DNA of 64,000 nucleotides from assembly GCA_038087875.1 (NCBI GenBank), contig CM075990.1, positions 12,712,001 to 12,776,000 on the forward strand. Reading direction: 5' to 3'. The notes under the pieces were generated by a model, which was not told where the DNA came from, searched no databases, and was given only the letters and a program-made list of their open reading frames with translations. Below are positions 13,089 to 25,278 of the stretch, piece after piece. A program made the translations under genes and the position numbers. Origin of the DNA: Malacoraja senta (Eukaryota). Position 1 is the first letter of the stretch. The number at the start of each line of letters is the position of its first letter.

Positions 13089-14112
13089 CTAAGTAAACAG
13101 TTTGGCATACATCAATAACTCAATGATCAGTTATTTCTGCAATGTGCAATAGTCTGTTAAAGACAGCAATAGGTGTAAGTTTTCATGCTCAACCTAGTGA
13201 TGCTAACAATGTTTTTACCTTCAAATTGAAGTAGTCAGATTGATTACAAACACAGTTCATCAACCTACATGAACTCATTGTTCATATTAACAAGCATTAC
13301 ATTATTTTACTGCAACATTCAATTATTTTTAAAGGAACCCAGAAGACTATCTTCAAAAACCTGGTATTTTTTGTTAATAAATACATCCAGTCATAATTTT
13401 ACCCTTTCACATGTTAATGTGCTTATTTTGTTCTTCCATTATCCCTCAGTCAACATACCAGCTCCTTGAACACACACTCTCTCTCCCTCCACCCATACCC
13501 ACAAAAGAACGCAAATTAATCATTTAGACTTCACCTTTCCCTTCACTCCACTACCCTCTCCTTATTCTCAATCTTCACAATTATGTAATATACCATATAA
13601 TGGTCACATCTTTCAACTGTTTTAATTCTTCACCCAGCCCTTCCCAAACCCGTTACTCATTTCTTTGGTTCCCTCAACTGACTCCTGTGCTCCAGTTAAT
13701 TCCTCTTGCTTTTATACTAAAATGACATTACCTCTTTTCTATAATAAAGGCTAATGGAAATGTAATTTTACTGCACTAGTTTTCTCAGAAAATATTAGCT
13801 CAGTTTACATCAAGCAAGTTGAACAATTAGGAGCCTAAAGTTCAGAATGTAAAGTGGATCTGCCACAGCCCTTTTTTGAACTGCAGGATAAATCAGTACA
13901 TTATTGACCAGCAGAAGCACCTTAAGGATGTACGATGTTACCTTGAAATTAAAACCCAAATGAAACAAGACAAAAAATCCAGTTGTTTCTAAAAAGCTTA
14001 TCCTGTAAATGTGCAAAGGATGATTACAGTGGTGTGAAACATGACATATACTGCTCGAGATGCAGAGGTCAGTTGTGAATTTTAATCACTGCAAAACCAA
14101 CCACCAACTGAC

Positions 14113-14229
14113 CTGTAAGCTCTCCTTGCAGATAGACGGACATTTTTGTAAACATCTCCTTACAGAGTTCATTTATGTCTGGTTCTGAAGGTTCTGTAGC
14201 TTCCTCTGCTGTCTCCACTCCAAAATCAT
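14113..14229 (-). CDS. BLOC1S2: BLOC-1 subunit 2, exon 2 (117 nt)
   Basis: (D)DFGVETAEEATEPSEPDINELCKEMFTKMSVYLQGELT; acceptor ttctctgacag, donor gtcagt. Confidence 0.97.
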
Positions 14230-15171
14230 CTGTCAGAGAAAATATATAACTAGTATTACAAGTAAACCCATTGACTCAAAAAGTGGAGGTGATAAGAGAA
14301 GAATAGAACCAAGATCCACAATTTGTTTTTAATCCAAATTAGAAAATTTCCAATCATAAAACATCTTTGGAAACGTACAGAAACAAATGTGTAGTCCTCA
14401 ACATTGGTGTTTTATATACAACTGTGGTGGTATTCAAAAGGTTTAATGTACATTTCGTATTTTATTATTTAACATATGTAAATAGATTTTAATTTCATAA
14501 ATGAATTCTGACTTGGAAAGATTGGTGTGAAACTGGCAAACACGTTAAAAACATCCCAATTTATGGTACGTTGCGCCACCTCAAGAAAGTTCCCAGGGAT
14601 TTGACCATGTACGACAGAGCAAGCAGCATCAGGAGATGTTGACTAAATATATTTGTTTAAATGGCAGATGCTGGAAATCTAAACTAAAAACAGAAAGTAC
14701 TGGCAATATTCAGTGTGTCAGGCTGCAATTGTAGAAAGAGAAACAGAGATAATGTTTCAGGCTGAAGATCCTTTATGTGAAATGGAAAGCGGAAGCATAA
14801 AGAAGCTTGAGAAGCTGCTGGGATGGGGGCGCAGGGGAGGGGGGTGGAGAGATGGTGTCTCTGGAAGGGTAAAACTAGTGACAATGGATTTTACCCTTTC
14901 AGAGTTATCCCTTCACCCTTAGACTCCCTGAAGCTTAACAAGCTATTTTCTTTTCTTCTTTGACCTGAAATATTAACTGTTTCTCTTCCAACAAATGAGC
15001 TGCTGAATATTTTCAGAATTTTCAGTTTTTATGTAAGTACATAGAAAGTTTCATTCGCATGAACCAGTTCACAGAATGTCCTGTGAACTTCGAAACATTT
15101 TACCAGTATACAAGCATATCTTGGCCTCTGTTCATCAAAACTATGTTATGAACGACAAACTACTTTGTAGT

Positions 15172-15650
15172 CCCTGCAGTTCACCTGCACCTCCTCCAAC
15201 CTCATCTATTGCATCCGCTGCTCTAGGTGTTAGCTGCTCTACATCGGTGAGATCAAGCGTAAGCTTGGCGATCGCTCCGCCCAAGACCTCCGCTCGGTTT
15301 CATTTACCTACCTGATCTCCCGATGGCTCAGCACTTCAACTCCCCCTCCCATTCCGAATCCGACCTTTCTGTCCTGGGCCTCCTCCATGGCCAGAGTGAG
15401 GCCCACTGTAAATTGGAGGAGCAGCACCTCATATTTCGCTTGGGCAGTTTGCACCCCAGCGGTATGAACATTGACTTCTCTAATTTCAGGTAGTCCCTGC
15501 CCTCTCCTCCCCTTCTCAGCTCTCCCTCAGCCCACTGTCTCCGCCTCTTCCTTTGTTCTTCCCGCCCCCCCTCACATCAGTCTGAAGAAGGGTCTCAACC
15601 TGAAACGTTGCCTATTTCCTTCGCTCCATAGATGCTGCCTCACCCGCTGT
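15172..15650 (+). mobile_element. Penelope-like retroelement 3' fragment (GIY-YIG remnant plus terminal repeat)
   Basis: Collinear with the minus-strand GIY-YIG copy at 44415-45024; includes CTGAAGAAGGGTCTCAACCTGAAACGTT. Confidence 0.82.
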
Positions 15651-15819
15651 CTATCTGCAGTTAATAGAGATTGTTTTAGTTTTGGTGAACAGCACGTAAA
15701 ATGGGCCCTTTGGCTCAGTGTCCATGAGGACCATCGATTAGTAATTTACACCATGTCTGTGTTATCCCATTTTTTCATCCATTTCGTACACTATGGACAA
15801 CTTATCGAGATAGAGATAA

Positions 15820-15995
15820 TAATTAACCTGCAAACCTGACCCATCTTTGGTTTGTAGGAGGAAACACGAGCACCTGGAGGATACCCACCCAGTCTCAGGG
15901 AGAACATGTAAACTTCATGCAGACAGCACCTGAGGTTCTGGATCGAACATGGACTCTGGCACTGTGAGACAACAGCTCTTCCAGCTGTGCTGCCC
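15820..15995 (-). mobile_element. tRNA-derived SINE (V-SINE/HE1-like), degraded
   Basis: Minus strand shows an A-box-like head, a B-box-like GTTCGATCC, then ...GAAGTTTACATGTTCTCCC...GGTGCTC.TGTTTCCTCC..CCAAAGA, resembling the V-SINE central domain (recalled). Confidence 0.6.
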
Positions 15996-16597
15996 CACAC
16001 ACGATAATGTAAATATACCCAGATGTTTATTTCCATAATGTTAATCAAGAAACAAATAATGACCAAGCAGCAAGGTGAATTCCCTTGTGGTTTTACATAG
16101 GTAGAGTATATGTCCACATTAAACAACGAGTTGCTTCATATTATGCCATGTAATTTCAGCCAAAATTTCTGCATGGATCTTTAGAATGAGGCTTGAAAAT
16201 GTTAACACAAGGAACAGTATTTGCTTGAATGTTGACCAAATGGAAGTTGTGCAAGTCTGAATTTGGAAGTGGAACGGTCCAGTGAACAAAATGCTTCCCA
16301 CCAGCAGCTCCATTTCCCGTTGCATATAATTAACAACTCAACATTAACTGGTAGGAGGATTGGATTTAGTTATTTTAACACTTGGCCTGGACATCAATGG
16401 TAAACAAAAGCAGCCATTATTGTTTTGAAAGTGCGTGTGGTGTTGCAGGCAATGGGACTACAGAGCGAGCGGTGAGAAGCGGTCCCCGGCATTTATTTGA
16501 GCTCCATGCACCGCTGCACTGCTCTCTCCTCCCCGGTGCGTGAACAAGGGGAGAGGGAACCAACCCCGGGCCCCCCAGACCGGCTCCAGCTGCTTAC

Positions 16598-16739
16598 CGG
16601 TCCTCTTGCCTCCGCCCTCCGCCACCTCCTGCTCCCCCGCATCCCCGTGACCGTTGTCGGCCGTGCCGGCCCCCAGCGCCGGGCCTGCGCCGCCATCGCT
16701 CAGCGGACGCGGCTGCGGCTGCGGATCCACCTCCGCCAT
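16598..16739 (-). CDS. BLOC1S2: BLOC-1 subunit 2, exon 1 (142 nt coding)
   Basis: ATG in a good Kozak context (AAGATGG) within a CpG island. Encodes MAEVDPQPQPRP...GGGKRT. The phase-1 donor CCG|gtaagc joins exon 2 in frame. Total CDS is 516 nt (171 aa). Confidence 0.9.
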
Positions 16740-16890
16740 CTTGCCTCCGACTGCGGGTCACGTGATGGCGGGGTCACATGACCGCGCGGCAACCCGCCGG
16801 TCTGCGTCATGCCCCCCACGTGATGCAGAGCGGGTGGCCCCGCCCCTTTGGGGGGGGGGAGGGGGGACAGACGGTGCTGGGGCCACGTGG
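16734..16890 (-). promoter_or_regulatory. BLOC1S2 CpG-island promoter with clustered E-box/CLEAR motifs
   Basis: GTCACGTGAT 16757-16766, GTCACATGAC 16773-16782, CACGTGA 16817-16823, CACGTG 16884-16889, a GC box near 16838-16847, and a YY1-like CAAGATGGCG over the ATG. Confidence 0.8.
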
Positions 16891-17276
16891 CTGCAGCTCA
16901 TGTCATACGGTCGTAGAGTGACACAGTGTAGAAACAGGCCCTTCAGCCCAACTTGCCCACACCGGCCAACTTGCCCCAGCTTCACTCGACCCACCTGCCA
17001 GCATTTGGTCCACACCCCTCCAAACCTCTCCTGTCCATAAGTGATGGGAGCAGAATTGGACCATTCGGCCCATCGAGTCTACCCCACCATTCAATCATGG
17101 CTGATCTATGTATCTCTCCCTCCTAACCCCAAATTCCTGCCTTAGAGTCATACAGTGTGGAAACAGGCCCTTTAGGCCCAACTCGCCCAATAATGTCCCA
17201 GCTACCCTAGTCCCACTTGCCTGTGCTTGGTCCATAACCCGACAAACCTGTCCTATCCATGTACCTGACCAAGCAA

Positions 17277-17672
17277 GCATAGGTTTGGCGATCATTTCGC
17301 CGAACACCTCCGCTCAGTCCACATTAACCAACCTGATCTCCCTGTGGCTCAGCACTTCAACTCCCCCTCCCATTCCGAATCCGACCTTACTGTCCTGTGC
17401 CTCCTCCATGGCCAGAATGAGCACCACCGGAAATTGGAGGAGCACCTCATATTCCACTTGGGCGGTTTGCACCCTAGACTTCTCCAATTTCCAGTAGCCC
17501 TTGCTGTCTCCTCCCCTTCTCAGCTCTCCCTCAGCCCTCGGGCTCCTCCTCTTCCTTTCTCCTTTCTCCCCCCCCCCCATCAGTCTGAAGAAGCGTTTCG
17601 GCCCAAAACATTACCTATTTCCTTTGCTCCATAGATGGTGCTGCATCCACTGAGTTTCTCCAGCACTTTTGT
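17277..17672 (+). mobile_element. Penelope-like retroelement 3' fragment
   Basis: ORF 17344-17634 (AQHFNSPSHS...RKLEEHLIFHLG) is the tail of the GIY-YIG domain also seen at 44648-44947. Confidence 0.82.
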
Positions 17673-19480
17673 CCACCAACTGTTTCTTAAACAATGGGAT
17701 AGTGGCCTCAACTACCTCCTCTGGCAGCTTGTTCCATACACCCACCACCCTCTGTGTGGAAAAAGTTACCCCTCTGATTCCTGTTAAATCTTTTCCCCTT
17801 CACCTTGAACCTATGTCCTCTGGTCCTCGATTCCTCTACTCTGGACAAAAGACTGTGCATCTACCCTATCCATTCCTCTCATGATTGTGTATACTTCTAA
17901 GATCACCCCTCACCCTCCTACACACCTTGGAATAGAGACCCAGCCTACTCAACCTCTCCCCATAGCTCACACCCTCCAGTCCTGGCAACATCCTCGTAAA
18001 TCTTTTCTGAACCCTTTCAAGCTCGACAATATCTATCCTATAACATGGTGCCCAGAACTGAATACATTATTCTAAATGCGGTCTCATCAATGTGTTATAC
18101 AACTGCAACATGACCTCCCAACTAAAATACTCAATACTCTGCCTGATGAAGGCCAAAGTGCAAAGTGCCTGTTTGACCTCCTTATCTATCTGCGACTCGA
18201 CCTTCATGGAACCATGCACTTGTACTCCTAGATCTCTGCTCCACACTACCCAGAGGCCCACCATTTACCCTGCCCTTGCCCATTAGGTCCTGCCCTTGTT
18301 CGACATCCCAAAATGCAACACCTCACACTTCTCTGTATTAAATTCCATCAACCAATTCTCCCCCCACCTGGCCAATCAATCCAGATCCTGCTGCAATTGT
18401 TCACAACCATCTTCACCATCTGCAAAACCACTAATCAGAAAACTTGTTAATCTTGCCCTGTATGTTCTCATCCAAATCATTGATGTAGATGACCTACAGT
18501 AATGGGCCCAGCACCAAACCCTGTGGCACATCACTAGTCACAGGCCTTCATTCTGAGAAGCAACCTTCCACCATCACCCTCTGCTTTCTTCCATGGAGCC
18601 AATTTGCTATCCATTCAGCTACCTCTCCTTCAATCCCATGAGATCTAACCTTCCAGAGCAGCCGACCATGCGGCACCTTGTTGAATGCCTTAAAGTCCAT
18701 GCACACATCTGCTGCTCTGCCTTCATTAACCTTTCTGCTCGCCTCTTCAAAAAAATCAGATTTGTGATACACGCCCTCCCACGTTCAAAACCGTGCTGAG
18801 TGTCCCTAATCAGCACTTGCCCATCCAAATGTCTGTGGCTCCTCAGAATACTCTCCAGATCGAAGGCAGGAACGGGGTACTGATTGGGGATGATCAGCCA
18901 TGATCACATTGAATGGCGGTGCTGGCCCGAATGGCCTACTCCTGCACCTATTGTCTATTGTAACTTACCAACTACAGATGTTAAGTTCCCAGCATTTTCC
19001 CTGCAGCCCTTCTTGAAAAGAGGCACATTTGCCATCCTCTAATACTGGCATCTCTGTATTTTACAACGACTCATAAATTTCAACCAGGGCTCCCGCAATC
19101 TCCTCGGATATATCTGAATAGGCCCCGGAAATTTGTCTACCTTCAAACCCGACAGTACCTTCAGTACTTCGACAGTAACGCTGAATGCTCTCATGACACT
19201 TCCAGTGACTGCTCCAATTTCCTACGTCCTACTGTCTTTCTCATCGATAAATACTCATTGAGGACCTTGCCCATCTCCCGTGGCTCCACAGAGGTGACCA
19301 CTTCTATTCCTGAGAGAACCCACTCTCTCTCTAGTTACCCTTTTCCCCCTAATGTATTTATAAAATATTCTGGGATTGTCTTTTATGCTACCCGCTGAAG
19401 CTCTCTCCTGGCCCTTTTGCCCTTCTGATCTCCTTTTTTAGTTTGCTCCTAAGTTCCCGAAACTCCACCAGGTATGCCCT
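17673..19480 (-). mobile_element. CR1-type LINE, decayed ORF2 (RT to 3' end), with a short plus-strand CR1 3' end nested at about 18860-18960
   Basis: Fragments QHGFERGRACITNL, DFKAFNKVPHGRLLWK, WIANWLHGRKQRVMV, DLGVQVH and LYNTLMRPHLE, with several frameshifts. Confidence 0.9.
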
Positions 19481-20289
19481 TCTCCGCAGAACCACTGACA
19501 CCTGTACTAATCAAGAATCTATCTATCTCTGCCTTAAAAATATCCATCAATTTGGCCTCCACAGTCTTCTGTGGCAAAGAATGTCACATCACAGACTCCA
19601 TCTGCACTTCAGAAAATAGGCACAAAATGCTGGAGTAACTCAGCAGGATAGGCAGCATCTCTGGAGAGAGAGAGAGAGAGAGAGAGAGAACGTGGGACAT
19701 TTCGGGTCAAGATCCTTTTCAGACCACAGAGAGGGAGCAGGCGAGTATGTTGCATCTCTCAATGGAGAGAGGAGAACTTCGAAGTAGGCATACCGTGAGG
19801 AGATTTTGCAGTGGAGCAGACAAAATGTGTAGGAAGGAACTGCAGATGCTAGAACCAAGCAGAGATTCACTTGCACCTCCTCCAACTTCATCTACGGTTC
19901 CAGGTGTGGAATCCTATATATTGGCTAGACGGAGCAGACTCTGCGATCGTTTCGCTGAACACCTCCGCTCAGACTTGCACGATCTCCCGGTTGCCAACCA
20001 TTAACTGTGCTTCTATTGACAATCCGAAGTTACCATCTCTCCACCCCCATCAAATTTCACCCCAATAATTTATGAAGGTAACATTCCTGCATTAAAGCCA
20101 TTTCAATTAGATCAAGTGAGGTCTTAAATAAATTCCAAGGAAAAATTCAGTTAAAATGTTCTTACAATACAATCCAACAGCAATGCTGTGGAAAAACGTA
20201 AGTGCTATTAACTTTGATCACTTCATAAAGTTGGCAAAGCTTTGATTTTTTTTTAAATATATATAGATAAAGGACTGTAGTAGAGATGC

Positions 20290-20663
20290 CAAGAACATGT
20301 ACAAACGTTTTATTTAATCACGCAGGAGGAGTTACAAATGGAAATATTTCACAGAGCTCATACAACAAAAAACACATTTTCCCCTTACATCTGCCACACT
20401 GATCCACGATGTGCTCACCAGCAGTAAAACTAAATGGTGGTACATTATATTAGTTTAAAAACTTTACACAAGAACTTTTGTCCCCTTTACAAAACAATGT
20501 CACAGTCAAGTATTACTTGCATTTAAAAAGAAAAAATACAAAGGAAAAGTAAAAAGTCCAAATTCAACACTGCCCATAATGCAAAAAAAATCTGTGACCG
20601 ATTTCTTCACTTAAAGGATTTCAAAAGATGTCTATTCCCTCTTGTTATTATATTTGCCGCCGC
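20290..20663 (-). other. hnRNP D-family gene, terminal non-coding 3'UTR exon
   Basis: Branch-like CTTAAC near 20695-20690, acceptor cccttctgtttttcag, exon starting 20663. The exon is U-rich, with overlapping ATTAAA/AATAAA at 20318-20309. The 3' end is approximate. Confidence 0.75.
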
Positions 20664-21283
20664 CTGAAAAACAGAAGGGACAACCACAAGGTTAAGCCTT
20701 TTACCTCAGCTTTGTAGAAGCAGACAGTAACCATGTGAAGTACTGGGCTGGCCGAGTCATGTTTACTGTTTTATCAATATTGGATTAGAAGAATTAGTTT
20801 GATGAGCAAAACTATATTTTTGTTTGATTGGTAGTTATCTTCAAAGGAATTACCCAAGTCCTCCATGCTCTTGGGCCCAGCCTTCAGTTGTTATGCCAAC
20901 TGCATTTACAATATATTAACTATAATCACACACTGCAGATGCTGTAAAAATATACAAGTCCATTAACATTACAGACATCAGTCACGCATCACTACTGAGC
21001 TATAGAAAGAAAAAAGCAAGCATTATTTAGCAATTGGTAGTACATTACCAAATTACACACTACTAAAAGAAAGCACTTTTGTAAGAACGGCTTTATCCAT
21101 TGAAGAAACAGGAGGTCATGGCTATATTACCACTTAACTTGAGCCTGTAAAGAAAATATGACTACATAATTTTATCTAAAAAAAGGAAAAACAATGGCTG
21201 CGTGAATGAAAGTGTATAATTAGAGTTTTTTTTAAACTGTCTTTAATCTTTATGGTGAGACAGAAGGTTGGAAGAGACCATAC

Positions 21284-21369
21284 CACAGGGCATCTCGAAT
21301 TCTGTCCACAATGTGCAGGCTTGTACGAATCGTGTGGTCATGGTGACATGGCCTGCAATGAAGTTCCCA
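21284..21369 (-). other. 86-nt 3'UTR cassette (poison) exon of the hnRNP D-family gene
   Basis: tgtttgtacctgccag|TGGGAACTTCATTGCAGGCCATGTCACCATGACCAC...CCCTGTG|gtatggtctcttccaac. The start, end and downstream intron resemble HNRNPD exon 9 / HNRNPDL exon 8 as recalled. Confidence 0.82.
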
Positions 21370-22763
21370 CTGGCAGGTACAAACATAACGGTACAAGTCA
21401 GAATTAGACTGGTAGAATTCTTATCAGGCTGTTGCTCTGATGTTCTTAAAACCCATTATGGTACATTACCTGAGATCTTTTACTCATTAAGTGTTCAAAT
21501 ATCTCTAGGTTATCCTTACACAATTTACTGCTGTAACTAGCTATGCAAAAATTCAAAGCTAAATGGGAGTAAGAGTAAAAAAAGTTATACCCATATTTAA
21601 CACTTAGAATAATTACATATCTGCAGCATAAAAATAGGCAATTCATGAATCTAGATTATATTAAGCACAGAAATTAAAGAGCTAGTTCAATCTGGTGACA
21701 AATTGTCAAGTTAATACTACACACCAAAGCAATTGATGACATTATATAATCTCACAATCCGATAAGTACTGCCCATTTCAGAACTCTAGTTTTACTTCTA
21801 GGTTGTCCAGTGAAATGCTTCCGCCCCAAAAATAAGTACTTACATGATGATTTGAATTGTCATTTCTGCCCTACTAATTCAATATAGAGCAGTATATGGA
21901 AACCATTAGATCATCAGTGGTAGCCTTAAAATTACAATGAATTGGAGCGTGGCATGTTGTCCTCTCATTACTCCACAACCCACTCTCGCAAACAGCCAGA
22001 TCCACGAACCAATTTATAAACTACACGCTCTCCTACAAACTCTGAAATTAGTCTCACATACATCATTTTAATTTTAAAAATGCAGCTATAATTCAATGAC
22101 TAAGAAAGGAGGATTTGGGTCCATGAAATCCAAGGCTTAATTGTACTACGTAACCTCAATAAGATGAGTTTTTACATCTATCATAAAAGGTTCTTCTTGT
22201 TTTTCCACTCAAGAGATCAGACATTTATGGCACAGAATGAATCCCATTGGTCTTATTATACCTGTGCAATGTGAAAGAACCATTTAATCTAATTTAATTT
22301 AACATAACCCTATAAACCTGTACTTCTATTTTTTGGGTAGTGACCTCAGAACTAATGCTACCCGCTTCTCACATCTAATACATCTAACAATTTTTAATCT
22401 ATGTGCCTAATTTATTGATCATGGATAGCAATCAAGCACATTTGGCATTGCATCACAGCAACAGTTTAAGACTCCGAAGTTGAATTTAATATTGCAAAAC
22501 GTAGGTAGCTTACCATCAACTGAAATCCATTAAAAAAAAATTACATTACAGACGCGGTGATGTATGCACAAGTTAGTGGACAGTGAAGGTTTCAGATGAA
22601 CTGTGGAGTTTATGATTTTAGGGTACCGGCAAAGGCTTAATATAAGGGCAATTTTAGAAAATATTGAACCAGCTTTTTAATTCTATATGTGCAATGTGGC
22701 CTCAAGTACCCAAGAAACATAGCTTTACCTTGTTCCTGGAGAGCTTCGGAACAGTCAAGTCAT

Positions 22764-22834
22764 CTAATAAGGCCTATACTGAGTTTGGCCACTTCCTCCT
22801 CTCCTAGGAGCTTTACCATAGGTGCCTGGTTGAC
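22764..22834 (-). CDS. hnRNP D/DL/AB-family protein, exon 7 (stop-containing; exon continues as UTR to 22729)
   Basis: (S)QPGTYGKAPRRGGSGQTQYRPY-TAG, the family's C-terminal PY-NLS-type end. Acceptor ttttcag; donor AAG|gtaaag lies 35 nt after the stop. Confidence 0.93.
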
Positions 22835-22935
22835 CTGAAAATAAAATTAGTTGAAGAAAAGGATTTGTCAACTCTTCAGCTGTTGACTACCTTTTGAACT
22901 AAACTGTTGTTCAGCCAAAACCTTTGCCAGAAGTG

Positions 22936-23290
22936 TCAGTTTGGCTCAGCTGGTAGCAACCTCATCTCCAGTAAGGAACCAGTGGGTTCCAAGCTCCTAA
23001 TCAGATTGGAATGCTAAATCCAGGTTGATTGTTACAGTACAGCGCTGAATTATGCAGTGATAAAGGTGCCATGCTTCAAATGAGATGTTAAGCAGAGGCA
23101 GCGTATAATCTAGAAGATTCTCTCGTACTATTCCAAGAAACCAGCAGCTCACGATACTCCACAACTGGCACAAAAAACAAACCACGACCATTCATTTTAT
23201 GTTGTTGATGGCATGCTGTGCATAAAGTGGATGAGTTTATCTACGCAACAGTAACTTCATTTCGGAAGTAGTTGGTTGAGGAGTGTTTTA
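22936..23290 (+). mobile_element. Ancient tRNA-derived SINE remnant (DeuSINE-like)
   Basis: TGGCTCAGCTGGTAGC head, GGTTCCAAG B-box-like sequence, then AGGTGCCATGCTTCAAATGAGATGTTAA resembling the Deu domain (recalled). A similar remnant lies at 24355-24700. Confidence 0.5.
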
Positions 23291-24354
23291 GGACAGCTAG
23301 CTAAAATATTGCTATTACAAGTCAGTTCTTTGACATAGCTTTAATTAATATGCACACTGCAAGTTGCAACTTTCCAAGCAGCTAATTTAAAAACAGACAG
23401 ACTTGCATCAAGTTTTTGTTCCTTTATCAAATACAGTAGCAGTTTTACAATGTCAGAGGTTTCATTTATACTTCACAGCATGGAAGTATCAGCTTCTCCT
23501 GATCACACAGAAGTATGGATCAAAGCCAAATTCCCTTCAGATTAAATTGGCATACATTCTATCCTGTACGAGTTCTTCGTGGAAGTTGAAATCAAATATA
23601 AATATACAAATACACTTTAAACAGCAGAGTAGTGCCAACAGCAGCAGGTACTTTCATTCAAATCAAATTTCACGTTAAAATTCATCCAACCAACATCTAC
23701 TGGTTGTTTTTAGGAGGTGTGAACAAAGATTGCACTGGGTTGTGCTCTATCAAGGCATCATACAAACATTGTTCTTAGGGTGAAGATATATCCTATTTAA
23801 ATAGTAAACAAACTTTTCATGAAATGCCCAATTTTACCCTTGAATGGGTATCATATCAGTTCTATTCATCAATCAAATTTGGAGGGATATCTAGTCAATT
23901 TTGGAGTTTTCATTTCTCATTGTAGCTGGAAAGATAGCATTCCTTTTCTTATGGGAACATAATTATTAACAAGATCTCTCCATTTCACCACAGATCAATC
24001 TGGAATAGTAAGATTTTCTGATTTTGTGGTAAGAAAAGGCACTATAACAAAATAGGAGTTATTTATGGAATACTACAAACTTCCCTGGACAGAGGATGCT
24101 ATCAAAAAAATGCACACCGGGTCCTTTAACGGCTCAGAAGAGGGCATGTAATTCTCTTGTTGCTTGACAAATACTCAGGCCTTGCCAAAGTTATTACCGT
24201 TCTAATGTATGTACCAAATCGTAATCGTATTCTCAGCTGTCTGCAAGTATATGTCCATCACAGGATCTGGTATATTGCTGACCTAGGGTGAAAACCCTAA
24301 ACAATAACCTCCCTGTCCAAGGAAATGTAGAGACCAGTCCCACTTGAAGGCATC

Positions 24355-24700
24355 AGCCATGGCTCAGGTGGTTAATTTCACCTCAGAATCAAAGCTGTGA
24401 GTTCAAGCCTAAGGGATTGAGCATAACATTCAAAATGGAACTCCCAACACAACAAAGAAATTATGCTACCATCAGAGACTCGGTCATATTAAATGATGGC
24501 CATAACTGCCCTCAGGTGGATATATAATGACAAGCTGAGTGAGTTTCCCCAGTGGCCCAGTCAAATAATTCCTCAGAACACATCTAAAAGGGATGATCAA
24601 GTTATTTAATGCATTGCTATTTGCGGGTACTGCTGTGTACAAATTGGCTCGAGTTTCCTCTATTACACTAACTATACTGAAAAAAAAGCATTTAATTCGA
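24355..24700 (+). mobile_element. Ancient tRNA-derived SINE remnant (DeuSINE-like)
   Basis: TGGCTCAGGTGGT...GAGTTCAAGCC head, and a TGCTGTGTACAAATTGGC segment shared loosely with the 22936 copy. Confidence 0.45.
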
Positions 24701-25110
24701 TGCCGAGTGTGTTAGGATGCGATGTAATTAACAACAAAAAAATAAACAAGTCTTTAATTTATACCTACCACTGTCCAAGTGCAGATGATCTAACACCAGA
24801 GTCTGCAAAATCCAATTGTCTCCCTAGTAAGCAATCATCCAGGCAACAGTTTGGGGGAAAACTATGTTCTCTCTCAGCTTCTCCAAGCCAGACAAATACC
24901 GAGTAGGTGTGACTCACTATTAATGACTAACAAATCACCTGCTAGAGAGACAAAGAAAGCCACTCTCCATTTTTCCACTCCTTTTGCAAATATTTCTCTA
25001 CATCAGATTAGCCAAGATCAGCAACCCAGAAGACTGACAGAATATGGGACTACTTACTGGATTTTGTCAAGTAAACTATTGAGAATTGACTCCTGGTCAC
25101 TGAAACTTAC

Positions 25111-25278
25111 TGTTATAATCACCATATCCCTGTCCATAACCATAATAGCCATAGTTGTATGCTGGGTAGTCATAGCCACTATATCCACCATAATTCTGGT
25201 TATAGCCATAGTTATAATTTCCATAACTTGGGTTCCAATAGTTACTGTTGTAGCTTTGGCTCCAGGTCTGACTTTGTC
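25111..25278 (-). CDS. hnRNP D/DL/AB-family protein, exon 6 (168 nt, Tyr/Gly/Asn-rich low-complexity region)
   Basis: (G)[55 protein letters not shown]; acceptor tttccctttctag, donor gtaagt, phase 1-1. Confidence 0.95.

Noticed and set aside
15820..15995. tRNA-like A/B boxes here and at 22936, 24355 and 53715
   Set aside because: No complete cloverleaf; these are SINE heads, not tRNA genes.
16458..17040. Several overlapping ORFs around BLOC1S2 exon 1
   Set aside because: Alternative frames of a GC-rich island; only 16739-16598 splices in frame to exon 2.
20696..20712. Donor-like GAG|gtaaaa just upstream of the terminal exon acceptor
   Set aside because: It would define an intron of only about 40 nt and abuts the branch-point region.
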